A stretch of 61,896 nucleotides of DNA from Trypethelium eluteriae (Eukaryota). The notes below the pieces were generated by a model that saw only the letters and a list, made by a program, of their open reading frames with translations, was not told the origin of the DNA and ran no database searches. The stretch lies in the NCBI GenBank assembly GCA_051942245.1, contig JAVECL010000075.1, forward strand, positions 1 to 61,896, written 5' to 3'. Of this stretch, positions 9,867-23,366 are shown piece after piece (within the stretch, counting starts at the first letter, position 1; each line of letters begins with the position of its first letter). The position numbers and the translations under genes are program-made.

Positions 9867-12330
9867 TTCCCTATCGATGCCGTATTGGTTGCCGATGCTG
9901 CAGGTCTGATCTATTCCGTAATAACTAGAGATTCCTGTGGCACAGAAAGAGCTTCAATATCTTTACTGTCGTGGTTGTAGGAATTCTGGCTTCACATGAT
10001 CTGACGGGAATTTATATATCGACGAGAGTACAAATCGTGGAGGTCTTTAGATCTAGGATCGTGCGAGGAATATGTGGATAAGAAGACGCATGTGCTTGAA
10101 GATAGAATGAAGGAATGGATCGACGCAGCAGGAAAATGAAACCCGCAGGAGAATTGCATCTGGATTACTTTATATGTAGAGGTAATGGGTCTCTCACCGA
10201 GACAAATGAGACAGACTACTTCAGCTCCTTGACGAAGCGATGCCTCGATTTCGTGACCGCATGGGATCCGGACTACCACGCTTGAGAATTGGCGAAGCCT
10301 GTGAATCGATAAGCAGAACAAGGGATAAATGCATGCCATGCCTCAATGCTAACCCATTTGTAACCATCGAAGTCGCTCAAACACAGTAACAGTAGACCCT
10401 TGGATAACAGGAGTCGACGGATAGGTCGTTCTGCAAGTTCTAATAGTCTTAGCCGCATACTAGACCTGCATTGCAGCACCAACACGTCTCAAATTGAGTC
10501 CAGCATCACCTTCCTTGCGGCTGTGAGGTTTCGCACTAACGAACTCGGGACAAATGACCGGATTGGCTGTGACGTTGAGATCTGGAGGCTTTCCAGATTC
10601 CCGTGATCAATGATACTGGCCATAGCACTTTGGGCATACGCATTTGGGCCTCCCTATAGTTGTCGATTGTGTTCGTCCATCCGTATGATAAACTAAGGAA
10701 CTGGCGAAATTCAAGGAGTGAATGGCTGTATAGCTAAAACCAAAGGATTTTAGTCAACTTACTCGGGGTAATGCGGAGAAGGATTGACTACCATGCTTAA
10801 GGTAAATACATACTCAAATGTAAGCTAGATCATCTCCACTTAGAGCCGTCCTGGCTGGCAACGTCGGCTACGTGCCGTCCCGCTGCCGCGCTCTTGAAAC
10901 GACCTCGACAGGAAACTCTCGGAAGTCGAGCCTCCTGCCTGTCGGACAAGAGGAGGGCATTCTTGAAGAGATCGAAGATGGGATTCTGACCATGAATGAT
11001 GACAAGGGTGACAGCTGCCGATCATTGCAAATTCCCTACGACAGATGCCCTCCTCTGCCTGCCTGTTCTGGTCTCCACGGAGTGAACGCTTGAGCATCGT
11101 GATTTCCGTCCAGTCTTTCAACTCCGGGTCGCTCCCCTCTGCTTCCGAGACTTACAGCAGGGGCAGTGCCACGGTCATAGATCCACAGATCCCCAGACGA
11201 GACTTAGCCAATCTGCTTTGTGCTTTACTCACTCCATCATTATCGTATGAATCCTATGTAGCGTCTCTGACGATCTGGATGTGTGAATGTGTGATAACAT
11301 ACTGACTCATGTTTTCAACGCTTCCAGCGCAAGGGCTCCCGTACTAGACATTTCTGCGTATGTACAGCTTTCCGTTATTTCGATACTCTTGAAGGTTCAT
11401 GCCGACGAACTCTACACGCTCCATGATTACGAGGAGCGCCCAGTGTTAAATCAGGTAAAGACGCATAGAAACTCATCTCTGTCGGGTTATTTCAATAAGT
11501 GTTCTATCCCGCTTGGCTAGGAACCTACAGCAATTAATCGAGTACGTTCCATGGCCACGCAGAAGTGCTTGGAAAAACACAAGTAGGTCACCAGAAACGT
11601 TAGGTAGGTACTGTAATCGATATCGCTTCAACTCGCATTTTTCACAACTATATAAGAGCCGGAGACCCCGGTTATGTTATTTTCGCCTGCTGCTTGACTT
11701 CGTATTTTCGAGCTGTATCCAAGTACCAAGCACAAGGAGAACACCATGAGCCCAAACGACGAGAAAGCATTGCCCCTGAAGATCTCCTAGACACCCCATT
11801 TCCTACCCACGTCCCTACGCCTTCTGATATCGTGGTTCCTATACCGACATTGGTCATGTCACCCTTGCGGCTTGACTTGTTTGAGGGCTTTCCGGAAGAA
11901 TTTTCTTGAAGAATTAGCTGCCCAAACCCGCCTGCTGGGTTCAGGATTCGTGCGGCATATATAGCGTTAAGCTATTCGTATTGGTTCGCTACTAGTACGT
12001 TGTTCCTGGCGTTTGCGCGCAGCAGGCAAACTCTTCGTCAATGGAGACCCGCCGTCGGTAAATAATAGGATAATGGGATGCGAGATGTCGGGAAGATCCT
12101 CAGGCGGCTTTGCTTCCTCGTTGCTTGAGCCCTTGGCCGAACTCTCCATTCTTTGATGTCACTCGAATCAGTGATGACCGCGCCCCACCGAGCCTGTACC
12201 ACTCATAACCCCGCCACCACCTCCTCCGAAACATCTGCTGTCGTTCACACCATCATTGTAAAGGTGGGATGAGATGATGCATCGTACAGAATGTTGAGGC
12301 TCTGTAGTTTCCAGTGATTATGGTCCTTTG

Positions 12331-13548
12331 TCACCACGTCGGACTAGGATGCTCGGGAGCTTCTGCCGAATCTGACGAAGGATGCGAATCTCTCTCAATG
12401 ACTGCGATATCCCTCGCTAGCTCCTTATATAAATCTGTCATCGTCGCAAGCTCCCTCGACAATTCAAGCTCCGTCTCGATGCGCACCTGCCCTCGACTTG
12501 AACGCTCGCCTGCCTCCAATGGCGATACTTTATGGAGCAACCGATATTCTGTACGACAATGTTGACATCGACCAGAGAATAAATGGTTTCTTGAAATGGA
12601 TAGTTCGGCATCATGGTTGTCCTTGTCCTTTGTTTCCTCCTCGACCCACGAGACTTCCTTGACCCAATTCTCTAGCATTCGCCGACATATAGTCGGATCG
12701 TGTGGTCTCTCTGGAAGTTGGCCTTCCCTTACCGGGCCATCTTTGATGCCTGGGATGTTTCTGAAGGGCTCGTCCAGCAAACGGAACGTTTCCTGAATAT
12801 CTGTATGATGACTATAGGGTCCAAATCTGATAGTATCCTGAAGTTTCAGGATACGGTCGGAAGACACTGGAGTAGTAACGGTCCCTCTCTGCCTGGATAT
12901 AGGAACTGGGAAGTTGGGAATGTTTTCGACACAAGAAGGTACTGCTTTGCCGTAGAGAGGACCGAGCTCTTGATGATCCAAGCACAGTTGAAAGCGTAGT
13001 CGCTGTTGGAAATCCTCCTTCGTATCCAGTTCTGGTGCTATGTAATGAAAGCATGGATGGTGACACTTGAAAGAGTGTGTGGGCATGCACTTTTTCCGAT
13101 CCTTCTGCTTGATATCTGCATCTTCGACCAGATCGGCGAGCAAGTTTCCGGGATCCACATTGCATCGATTTGCAACTTCAGAGAATTCCTTGCAAGGATT
13201 CTTCACGTGTAGTAGATTGGGAGGAATATTGCTCATAGGTTGAATGTAATGCAATGATCGACATAGAGAGCAGATCGCTGTCCCTGGGTGATCTCTTTGG
13301 ATAAGGTGTAGAAAGCGAATGATTTCTGCGCGTATACCAGTGTGTCGGTCTGAATCGGTGAGAATAATCGCAGTAGGATTCTTCCAATCAGGAAACATGT
13401 TAAACCTCGCTTTAGCTACTTTCTTCATGGTAGCATTCGTTGATGCAAGAGACCAGGCGACATGATCCGGAAGGAGGTCAGTGATCATCCAGATAATCTC
13501 GACAGGCAGATCCTCAAGAGAAACAGGTCTGATATTGCGACAGCTCAT
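12331..13548 (-). CDS. F-box domain protein with Cys/His clusters (405 aa, apparently intronless)
   Basis: N-terminal F-box-like SLEDLPVEIIWMITDLLPDHVAWSLASTNATM; later ICSLCRSLH, CHHPCFH and CQHCRTEY motifs. Confidence 0.7.
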   Translation of the reverse strand: MSCRNIRPVSLEDLPVEIIWMITDLLPDHVAWSLASTNATMKKVAKARFNMFPDWKNPTAIILTDSDRHTGIRAEIIRFLHLIQRDHPGTAICSLCRSLHYIQPMSNIPPNLLHVKNPCKEFSEVANRCNVDPGNLLADLVEDADIKQKDRKKCMPTHSFKCHHPCFHYIAPELDTKEDFQQRLRFQLCLDHQELGPLYGKAVPSCVENIPNFPVPISRQRGTVTTPVSSDRILKLQDTIRFGPYSHHTDIQETFRLLDEPFRNIPGIKDGPVREGQLPERPHDPTICRRMLENWVKEVSWVEEETKDKDNHDAELSISRNHLFSGRCQHCRTEYRLLHKVSPLEAGERSSRGQVRIETELELSRELATMTDLYKELARDIAVIERDSHPSSDSAEAPEHPSPTW

Positions 13549-14422
13549 CCTAGCGTTGGTGATGGATCAATTGTCTGTTGGGGCGAGTCAACCGTCCAGG
13601 TGATTCGTGCAGAGATATCAGCAAGCTTGAAGGCGGTAGTGCGACAGGCTTTACTGAAGAAATACTGTTAGCGGTTGGAGAACCTGAAGATTGGCGGCAA
13701 AACGTAGGAGATGTATTTCTAGTCTTCCCGAATGTAGTGAAGAAGTGGAGAAGGGAAAAGACTGCCCAAAAGGTAGGTCCACGGTGCGGTTATATTAGGT
13801 AGTCAACCCGATGTGAGTAAAATGTAGAAGCAGTCACGCGGAATCCTTCAAGGAGTGGGGCAAGAGTGGCTCCTCAAACAGAGACCGAAAATACAGCGGG
13901 CCAGTGTGACTACATTTTTGCACCGTGATGAGCTTGTGCTGTGACTGTGACTAAGAGGTACTGTAACAGCGAGGTATCATGATCAAGAACTTTATTGCTA
14001 ACAATGAAAATGTGGGCTGCGAGTGCACACAAGCATCTTACCACACAACGATGAGATTTGGAGAGTGATGGAGCTATTCAAAAGAATGTGATATTCATTA
14101 ATCTGGCGGGAGGAATATTGGTGATCTCGGAGTAGATCATGCTGAAATCATGAGACATTACCTCAACTGAGGATCTTCCAAGCTCGAGGCATCACCGCAC
14201 TTCATAGCCAGTCCCACACGCTGGTGAACGCCCAGCCAGTGAATGGCACGTACTCTGTAGCGGCGGCCTACTTTCTAGGCACTTCTCCCTCCAAGTCATG
14301 AACACACGTCAGAGTCCCTTTCCCTGCTCGTTGCCCGACGCAGCCACTTTTCAAGCCTCGTCAGTCTCACAGATTTGCAGGCTGTGATGGCACAGTTCTG
14401 CAGGTCTTTCAACCAAAATTTA

Positions 14423-17072
14423 TCATCGTTGAAGTAAATCCACATCCAACCCAATGGCTCTCATAAACAAATTCACATTACCAAGCCGACGTCCAGCGAT
14501 CTCTGGCGGTAGTGCCTTACTCTGCTCAACTGTATCGTTTACGCAGTCTTTGACCGCCACTACAAGGCGACGCTGTTGATCCTCATTTGCTCCAACAGCC
14601 ATAGCCGCTAGGAACTGCCAGACGTGCACGTCGTCTGCGTCGCTGGGATGATTCGTGCTCGGAGGGAAGATATAGGGAAGCACTGGCTCTGCCTTGTCGA
14701 ACAATTGATTATAGAGCGCATTCCACTGCTGCCACTCCCTCTCATTGATGCCTTGCGTGCTTTGGGCTGAAGTCGCTTGCTTGATAAGTTCGGCACGTGA
14801 AACCAGCATGGTGAGGATGGCAAGGCCGACTTTGGTTCGTAGAATGAGAGCTGTGTTGACGCGATCGAGGAGAAGCCCGAGAAGGCCGACGACGATTTGG
14901 AGGGGAGCGTCGTTTACGTAGCCGAAAAGGCTGGGCATGACCGCCTGCGAGAAGAGCTCCACGCTATCACGAACCGCAGGCGGAGGCAAAGTGGCGGTGG
15001 TGTCGTTTGGATCAGCCGGCGCCGCGAGGCGAACCACGTCGAGTTGATCGAGGTACAAGCAGATCATGGTGAGGATCGTGATTCGCTGTTGATCGTCAAT
15101 GTGACGGAAGACACGGGGAATAACCTTTTTGCCCTTTGGGAGGGAAAGGATGGCCATGAAAGGGTGGCCAATGGGAGAGTTTGGATCGATCGGCTCCATG
15201 ACCTTGAGATCATTCCATAGACTCTGATTCAGTTCTTGCATCTTCTGTCGCCATTCAATGTGTTCTTGAATTAAATCTGCCGGCGTTTCCTCATTTGGTG
15301 GAGGAGGCATACGCCGCTCGTGGTCTTCCATTGCCATCAAAGTCATGTACAATCTTTCAATATCTTTCAACGTTTGCCTTCGGGTGGCAACACTATCATT
15401 GCTTCTCGTTGGGACATGGGTACCACTTTGAGAGCGCAAGTCACGGCTCTCTGGGCGCTTGATGTTGAGAAGAGGCTTGGGTGTCTTGGCGTTGCTGAAG
15501 GAGATTTTGCCCAGACTTCCCTCGATGACAAGTTGCTTGTTCTTGGGCTTGAGCTTAGCTGCCTCGACAGCCCGCTGAACTTGCTGCTCCATACGTTGAA
15601 CGTGGTTCTCTCCGCCTCGAGGGTGCCGACGATTAGCATTTCCTGGTCTTCCACCAGTCTGAAATAGATAGGTTTGTGCAAACTGGCTCAGAGGTTGGTG
15701 TGGATTTTGGCGTGGTGGTCCACGAATCTGTGCGTGAACTTGATAGTAGAAATCCTCATTGAGTGCAGCTTCAGGACCATGTTCATCAATCACGTTTCCT
15801 GTAGCCGTGACGAGCTGTTGCAGTTGAATTCTCGTAATAAAATTCTTGTCCTGCGGGGTCATTAAGCCGTTGTCTTTTGATAAAAGATAGATTTTGTGGT
15901 TCCGCTTCGCTCGCCTAGCATCTTCGAGCAGAAAAGCAGCTCGTTCATCTTCAGAAAGGCCCAGTAGCTGTTCTGGACGTGTCACGATGGGAACCTGACC
16001 TGATAAACCTCGACCATGTGTTGGCCCAGTTGGCGCCATACCTCCTACACCCTCTGCCACTTGAGGTGGTTGGACCGCTGCTGGGCCTGGCACGCGATTA
16101 GGGTTCTGCAAAATTTGAATGGACTGTGGAGAGGCACGATTGGAGCTAGCTTGTGGGCCAGGCGTGAGGGTTGGCGGCTGAGCTTGTGATTGTGATGGGC
16201 GCTGTAGAATCTGGGGTGTTTGCGCTTGGACTCCCTGAGCTCCGTTATGAGGCAGAACTTGCTGATCTGAGGCTTTTGTCGGCCTTTGTAGTATCTGAGG
16301 ACCTCCCGACGCTCGCTGTTGGGTGGTGTCAACCTGCGGTGAAGGTGCGGAGAAGGTCGGATATCCCGGAAGGCTAAGGCCTTGTGGAAAAGCTTGAGAG
16401 GTTGGCTGAGAAGGAGGTGGCAGATGTTGAGCCGCTGATTGCTGGACAGCAGCTGGCTTTTGGCTCTGGCTTCGCATAGCTGCCTCAACTTCTTCCAAAC
16501 TCATCATCTTCCTTCCAATTTGAACAGAAGGTCCAGAACTTTGTTGGCGATGAGATGCTGACAGATCGGGAGATTTGGCTTTCGAAGGCATTCCCCATAA
16601 GCTTGCGTTGACTTCAAGTGAAGGGATGTAATCGGCTTGCTTGTAACCCTCATATCCAGACCGTACAGGTTTGGCAGCTAGCTTCTGCGGACTCATCTTT
16701 GGAGGAGGCTGTCTGGCATCAAAGAATGCTTGTTCTTCCTGCATTGTGCCCGAGATCTTCGAGGTTTGACCCGAGAAATCGAAATCTTTGCCAACTGGCT
16801 CTTCGCCAAATGTATCATCATTGAATGCGTCGCCGGTCTCGTCAAGCTGATCGCCAAGGCCATCATAGGTATCTTCGAAGTCAAGTCTGCGGGGGAAAGT
16901 CAAAGACGATCCAAACTGAAATTTATTAGAGCTTAACTTACACCTCTTTCTCGCCCCCACCAGTCCTACTGGAGAGGCCGGCGAAAGGATCAGGAGCCAG
17001 ACTGAAGCCGGGAGCCTTGGGATTATGACTGCGGTCCTTGGGCAAGGACGTGTCGAAGCCAAAAAAAGACAT
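14423..17072 (-). CDS. PAT1: mRNA decapping activator / topoisomerase II-associated protein Pat1 (~864 aa)
   Basis: Exon 1 MSFFGFDTSLP (17072-16942), intron 16941-16887, then DFEDTYDGLGDQLDETGDAFNDDTFG, GLMTPQDKNFITRIQLQQL and terminal NLFMRAIGLD, all typical of Pat1. Confidence 0.93.
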
Positions 17073-17666
17073 GGCGAAGATACTTGTGCGCAACTACATC
17101 AAAAGGTACTGAACTATCTTCGAGTCGTATATATTGGCAGTAGAGGAAAAGAGTGGAGAACAGAATGACGTGCCGCTCGGAACTCTCAGAACTTTCAAAT
17201 AAGAAGTCGGCACGAAGAGCGTGGAGGAGACAGGAAGGTCAAGGTAAAGGATGGCCTAGAGAACATAAAGTGAAGGAGAAATGAGGTGACGCGAACCGCG
17301 GGAGGCTGCTCGCTAGGTTCCGCCCCGCCGTCCCCACTTGGGAGTCGCACTCGGAGTCTAAGGCAGGGCAGGCCGTGCAGGGGTGGCGATCAAGGTCCCG
17401 GTGTGGCTTGTACTGTACACGAAATCGCTGGGTAAGCCCATTGCCCACAGCAATTCCCTTCCCCACCCGTCTTGCCACCAGACTCATTGTCCTCATCATT
17501 TTTGAAGAGATCGTTGCCATCAGACCTGCTTACACTGAACTGAGGAGACGACGTTTTGGAGACAGTCCGCCTGCCAATGTCCCAGAGCTGCCCGCGACAC
17601 AGGGGTTAGGGCCATCAAAGAAAGCACGAGAGCCTTGGAATCCACTACCAAGGGACTACCCATAAA

Positions 17667-19265
17667 ATGGCGGGCTCAACAAGGTACATGCGATACATTA
17701 TTGTTGCATTTGTGGTATGATTGCACCCTCACACTCCCTTGCCTCGATTAGCAAACTCATCTCAAGGCAGTTCATTGTCTTTTTAATATTCCTATCATCG
17801 GGGTCAGGGGGAGCGACGAAGCACCTTCAATCCGCAAGTGAGATCATTAGAGAACAAAATTCAAGATGGTGGGGACAGCAAGTTGCCAACGTGGGAAACC
17901 AGGAGGAGATGGCATCAGGACAAAATGCTGCACATGGCCAGGCTGAAGCAAATGAAGGCAAAGCCGATTCCAAGGCCACCAAAGAACCCGCTACCAAGGG
18001 CTCCTTCGAGAACGAAAAGGAGGCTACTACTGGTGGTGCTACCACCAAATGGCCAGGAAAATCATCGCCTGTCAAAGGCAAAACCGGTCAAGCGTCTGAC
18101 ACAACATCCCATTCGAAAATACCCGAATTGGTGGAAACCGCGCAGACAGAGCGCATGAATGCAACCTTTGTCACTCTTGCCCGTAATTCAGACGTCTGGG
18201 AGATCTCGAGATCAATCCGTCAGGTCGAGGACCGTTTCAATCGACGCTACCACTATGATTGGGTCTTTTTGAACGACAACGATTTCGACGATCAATTCAT
18301 CAAGGTTACGACTGCCTTGGTCTCTGGCAAGACTCGGTACGGGAAGATAGCTAGTGACCACTGGTCATACCCGAGTTTCATCGACCAGGAAAAGGCCAAA
18401 GAGGCACGGGAAGACTATGGTCGACGTAAAGTAATCTATGGCGACTCGGTCAGCTATCGTCACATGTGTCGTTACGAATCTGGTTTCTTCTTCCGACACC
18501 CACTCATGATGGAGTACGAATGGTACTGGCGCGTGGAGCCCAGCATCGAGCTCTTCTGTGACATTGGCTACGATACCTTCAAGTTCATGGCCGACCATGG
18601 GAAAAAGTACAGCTTCGTGCTCAGTCTGTACGAGTACGTCGAAACGATTCCCACGCTGTGGGACAGTGTCAAGAAATTCATCAAGGCGCACCCTGAGCAT
18701 ATCGCCGAGGACAATTCGATGAGTTTCCTCAGTGATGACGGCGGCAACACGTATAACCACTGTCATTTCTGGTCCAACTTCGAGATCGGGAACCTCGACT
18801 GGCTGCGCTCGGACGCGTATATTGATTACTTTGACACCCTCGATCGCGACGGCGGCTTCTTCTATGAGCGTTGGGGCGACGCGCCCGTCCACTCCATCGC
18901 GGCTGGGCTGACACTCAACAAAAGCGAGATTCACTTCTTCAACGACATCGCCTACTACCATGTTCCTTTCACGCACTGTCCAACGAGTGAACAGGACCGC
19001 ATTGACCTCAAGTGTCATTGCAACCCCAAGGACAATTTTGATTGGAATGGCTATTCATGTGAGTCACCCCATTTCTTTTTTCGAATCTACTTCCTTCTCT
19101 CCGGAATCCCTCTTTCTCGCTTGGTATATTGCATTGCGGGGTGCGGAGGCGCAATTTCGTTGGCGAGCTCTTCTCGGCTAATTCCGATTTTGTACCACTC
19201 TAGGCACGGCGCGGTTTTTCGACGTCAATGGCATCGAGAAGCCCAAGGATACGGACAAGAACTAA
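17667..19265 (+). CDS. KRE2: alpha-1,2-mannosyltransferase, GT15 (KRE2/MNT1 family, ~465 aa)
   Basis: Type II anchor [24 protein letters not shown]. Introns 17715-17770 and 19059-19203. Motifs [39 protein letters not shown] and [11 protein letters not shown]. Confidence 0.93.
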
Positions 19266-19952
19266 GGCCTGACCGCAGGCCCCCCTTCTTCTTACCTCCA
19301 TCTCTGGAAATTAAATCACGCGGCCTTCTAGAATTTTCCATGCATCCTTCATCTGCTTCTTTGAGTCTAGTATTACTATCAAACCCAACCCATCCTGCTT
19401 TGACGTTTCTGCAAGGCCGCTACACCAAGCATCACGATTCCCGGATTTGGGCTTCTGGGGCCAACAGGTAGGGCCAAAATGTGGGATTCCGGAGGGGGGA
19501 CGGCGCCGGCGCTAAAATGCTGTATGGACAAGAGGCAAGGTTTGTGTTTCGAACTATACATTTGTAGTGTTAGCATCACAATTCACGCGCATGCATGTTT
19601 CGACCATGACTCTTCGGAGCTCAAGAAAGTTTTTGCTCATGCACCTCATCACTGATGAGATGATGGTTGCTGCTATTGCGATAGATCGTAAACCAGGATG
19701 ATACAATGCTCGACTGCAAGTCAAGAAGGGGTATTGGAATCGAAATGGGAATCGTACACCATGCAGGAAATAGCCATGACGTAAAGATGATCTATCTACT
19801 TCAAGCCCTTCAAAGCCATTCGAGTCCGCCCAGCCGCCGGACCCTGTTTAGTCAAACCGTCATACGTGATAAATCCCTCTCTGCCAAAGAGCCAAGCGGC
19901 TCGGAAGACTAGCATCGTAGTATAGACTAGAACCGTTGAGTGCTCATCGAAA

Positions 19953-22900
19953 TCATAACGCTAAACCGGTGCCATCGCCCGTCCATCGATACAATGCAAG
20001 TGTTTCGCGCCGGCGAAGTTGCTGTTCGCCAAAGTCCTCAGGTAATCGGCCCTTGACCTGGGCAAGAGCGGAGCGCATCACCTTGCGGAAGTTTCGCTAA
20101 TAGAAGCCCAAAAGTCAGCCAGGGTCCGTTGCATTGTGGGCGTAACGCCAACCCCAAAAAATGGCATGTGGCACAAGCCGCCATGCGAGATAAACACATA
20201 GAATGAAGAACGTACCTGATATTCTGTATTCAACGTGACGACACACGCCTCATGCGCCCGCACTATCGTCTCGCACGCTCTGACCACGCCCTCGCCTACT
20301 TCCTCTTTCAGCTTGTCTGCAATCAGCAGCAGCAAGAAGCTCCCCTGCAGCAGATAGATCCCAAAGAAGAACGGCATGAACCCGAGATCGGGGTCGTGCT
20401 CCAGGATCTCTGCCAGCGCCTCGGCAGCTTGCACCGCATGCCCCGTCGCGCTGACGAAGCTGGGCGACGAGATCCAGAGATCGTTGTCGTCCAGCAGCGA
20501 GATCGGGTCCCACTTCCCGTTCAGCAGGATGTGCAGGGTGCGCATCAGATGCGTTGCATAGGAGAGCACGATGCGGCTCTGGCACAGTGCCTCGGATGGC
20601 CGTATCGTGCTGACCGAGTGTGCGCTGGGAGTGCCCACGCCCTCCGCTGCGGCTGCTGCTGCCGCCGCTGCGTGGTCGGCGCTGCTGCCAGCGTGCGCAG
20701 CGACAGACTCGTTGACGGCGGTGATATGACGGGCTTCGAAGTCGCGGAGAGAGCGAGCGTAGGCGTCGAGCTGAAGCCGGATTTCTCCGGCTGGGTCGTC
20801 CCATTCGGCATTGTTTGAGCGGAAGCGAACACCGAAACGCGGGTGATTGCGTGCGTGATTGAGGTCAACGATCTCGCCGAGGATGGTCATGAGGGGGAGG
20901 AAGTAGCCGAAGATGCTGTGTCCGCTGCACTCGACTTGTGGCCCCCGACGCCGGTTGAAGGCCACATGATCGAACTCGGGTGCGTTGGGACTGTAAATAT
21001 CACCGGCTTGCCAGACTGAGTCGTCAATGGGTTGAAAGAGCCCATCGCATTCCCGGTCCAGAAGAAACAGTGGTTTGTTGTAACAGAGCGAGAGGTGGCG
21101 ATCGACGGCGTACACTAGCCACCAGATTCGCCGTCGTTCTTCACGTTCTTCTTCTGAATAAAAACCCGGCGGTGAAGGCTTAGTGATTGATTGTGCGCTT
21201 CCCAAATTTGATTGGGCGGATCCCAGCACGTCGCCATCAAGGTCGCCTTCCGCATCGAGGTCGTTTTGGTCTGGGGCTTCAGGAGGGTTCGGAGGCAATT
21301 CCCGACCGAGTTTCAGTTCCCTCGCCAGCGACCAAGCGGCGTTCCACCATCTGAGACTGGCCGCTTTGTGCTCACTTGCTGATACCACCGTCGCCAAATG
21401 CACATAAGTCGCCACATCGTCAAGTCCTGCAGATGCACCGGGTGTTTGTCCCTCCGATTCTCGTGCTGTACTTGGAGCACCGACTCCAACACCGAATCCA
21501 CCTAATGAAACTTGTCCATATCCTCCAAGAGCTAGTCCATTGATGACTGCGCTTGTGTCGTGCATGGGAGTCCCTGTCCCACTAGGATTGTGTATTAACG
21601 GTTTCAATAGACCAACGGTAAGCTCCAATAATTTCTGGCAGACTTTGCCTCGCATAGATGGTGGTGATGTGAGAAACTGCGACTCGCTCGTTTGTGCAGC
21701 GACCCAAAGCATGCTTGCTAACAGAGCCGGACTTGAATTTCTTGGGTTATTTTGACGGAGAAACGACCGTTTCCGAAAAACGTACGCAAGGAGGTAGGGG
21801 GACTCCGGGCGCATATAAGCAGAAGTAGGACTTGTGAAATATAGTTCCAGGAGATCGCAGGCAAGGGAAACAGGCATAATTGATCCTAAGTGGGGAAGCA
21901 ATGGCCTGAGCACGGGATAGCGCAGAGTGTGTGATCCAAGGGCGTGCTGCGCTTGCTGATATAAAGCAGCAGATGGTGAAGGGATAGAGAGCCAACTGGG
22001 AGATCCATCAGCGGGTGACTGTCCCAGAAAGCTCCCTGGAAGAGGGCTTTCTGTCGCCCCTATGCGAAAAGGGTTTGTGACGTTGGTTGAGCTAGGACTC
22101 ATCACACCGTATCCACTATCTGAAAAATGGTGAATTCCATTTGCCGCAGCTATGTGTTGCGCTAAGCTCGTCGGACCTCCATGGGCTGGATGTTGCCCGT
22201 TCGCGTGAAGCACAGATCGTTGGTAATCATCCAGCGCGGCATAGTCACCAAGATCCAGCAGACCTCGCGGTGTTGGAAGATTGAGTGCTGAAGTCTCATT
22301 ATTTTGTTGTTGCATAGCCCCTTGGCCAGGCGTGTCCTGCCCGTGGCTCAAAGTATTCGCGGAAGGTATGGATCCTAAGTGTGAGTAAATGCTCTCACCA
22401 TCGTCGAGAGATGGTCGAGATTGACGAATCGAAGACTGAGGATGTGTGACGCCAGAGGTTTGCTCTTGCGGTCCGTCCCCATGTTGTGACTCTTCAAAAG
22501 TTCCGCCAGTAGTTTGCTCGTCTGGTGACTGCTCGTGATTGGAGCCTGGACTCCCTTGAGAGACATCCTGCCCGCTGGCGGCGGCGGCAGCAGCAGCAGC
22601 TTGCTGCCTTGCTATATCTTTGCGCGATGCTTTACCTCTTTTCTTCCGCTCCCGTATATACTCACAAGTCAAACCGAATTCTTTTTGCATCAGCCTGCAG
22701 TCCTGGATTTCATAGAAGCAATTTGCTCACCGACACAGTGCGCGCATGGTGTCTTGCCATCGCACTTCGTTCTCAGTTGATTACACTGGTCACAGGCTCG
22801 ACTTATTCTCCTCCGAACCGGGCCTACTCCGCCACTGGTTCGGCCACTCTTCTCCGGCGCGGATGCATCTTTCTGGTGTCTCCCTAAGGTGGCAAACCCG

Positions 22901-23172
22901 CCATTGCGATAGTGATGATGCCGATGCTTCAACATCAACTTACTGTCGGCAACAGGAGATGGGTAAGGATGATGCGAGTGTTGTGCCTGTTGTTGTTGCT
23001 GCTGCTGTTGTTGCAGCTCGTGCAATGCATATTCAGAACTTTCTGCCAGAGTATCTAAGCCAGACGTATGATGTTGATGGTGCTGTTGGAGATCATGGGA
23101 AATGCCGTTGGGGTTCGGATAGTGGCCAAAGGCCGGCGAATAGTGATGATAGTTTAGACTTGAGGATAGCAT
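19953..23172 (-). CDS. xlnR: xylanolytic transcriptional activator XlnR/Xyr1 (Zn2Cys6, ~1016 aa)
   Basis: Zn cluster [36 protein letters not shown] after removing intron 22730-22681. Also [11 protein letters not shown] and [13 protein letters not shown]. Intron 20215-20097 leads to the diagnostic C-terminus [28 protein letters not shown]. Confidence 0.95.
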
Positions 23173-23366
23173 TTTGCTAGCTTGAGCACGTCGGCTTGGC
23201 TCGTGCCGAAGCAAGATTCAATACGAACAATGATCATCAGAGGAGCAAAGATAAAAAAGAAAAAAGAGTTGTGCTGTTCAGAGGTGCAGCGATGAAGTGC
23301 AGCATAAAGTCCATGAGAGGTGAGATCAAGGAAATTTTGAAGTGTATCTACATGGGGAAGTACAGC

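Noticed and set aside
10000..12300. Several 60-115-aa ORFs between the second TM gene and the F-box gene
   Set aside because: I could not assemble a consistent splice model or find a recognisable motif, so the region is left unannotated.
17717..19471. 584-aa ORF suggesting a mannosyltransferase with N- and C-terminal extensions
   Set aside because: The extensions come from reading through introns 17715-17770 and 19059-19203; the spliced product is an ordinary ~465-aa GT15.
20390..20450. Constitutive-activation substitutions in the XlnR regulatory region
   Set aside because: The sequence [16 protein letters not shown] keeps the Val and Ala whose replacement deregulates XlnR/Xyr1, so it appears wild type.
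22981..23016. CAG/CAA-type repeat in xlnR exon 1
   Set aside because: It encodes an ordinary short polyQ tract, common in fungal transcription factors.
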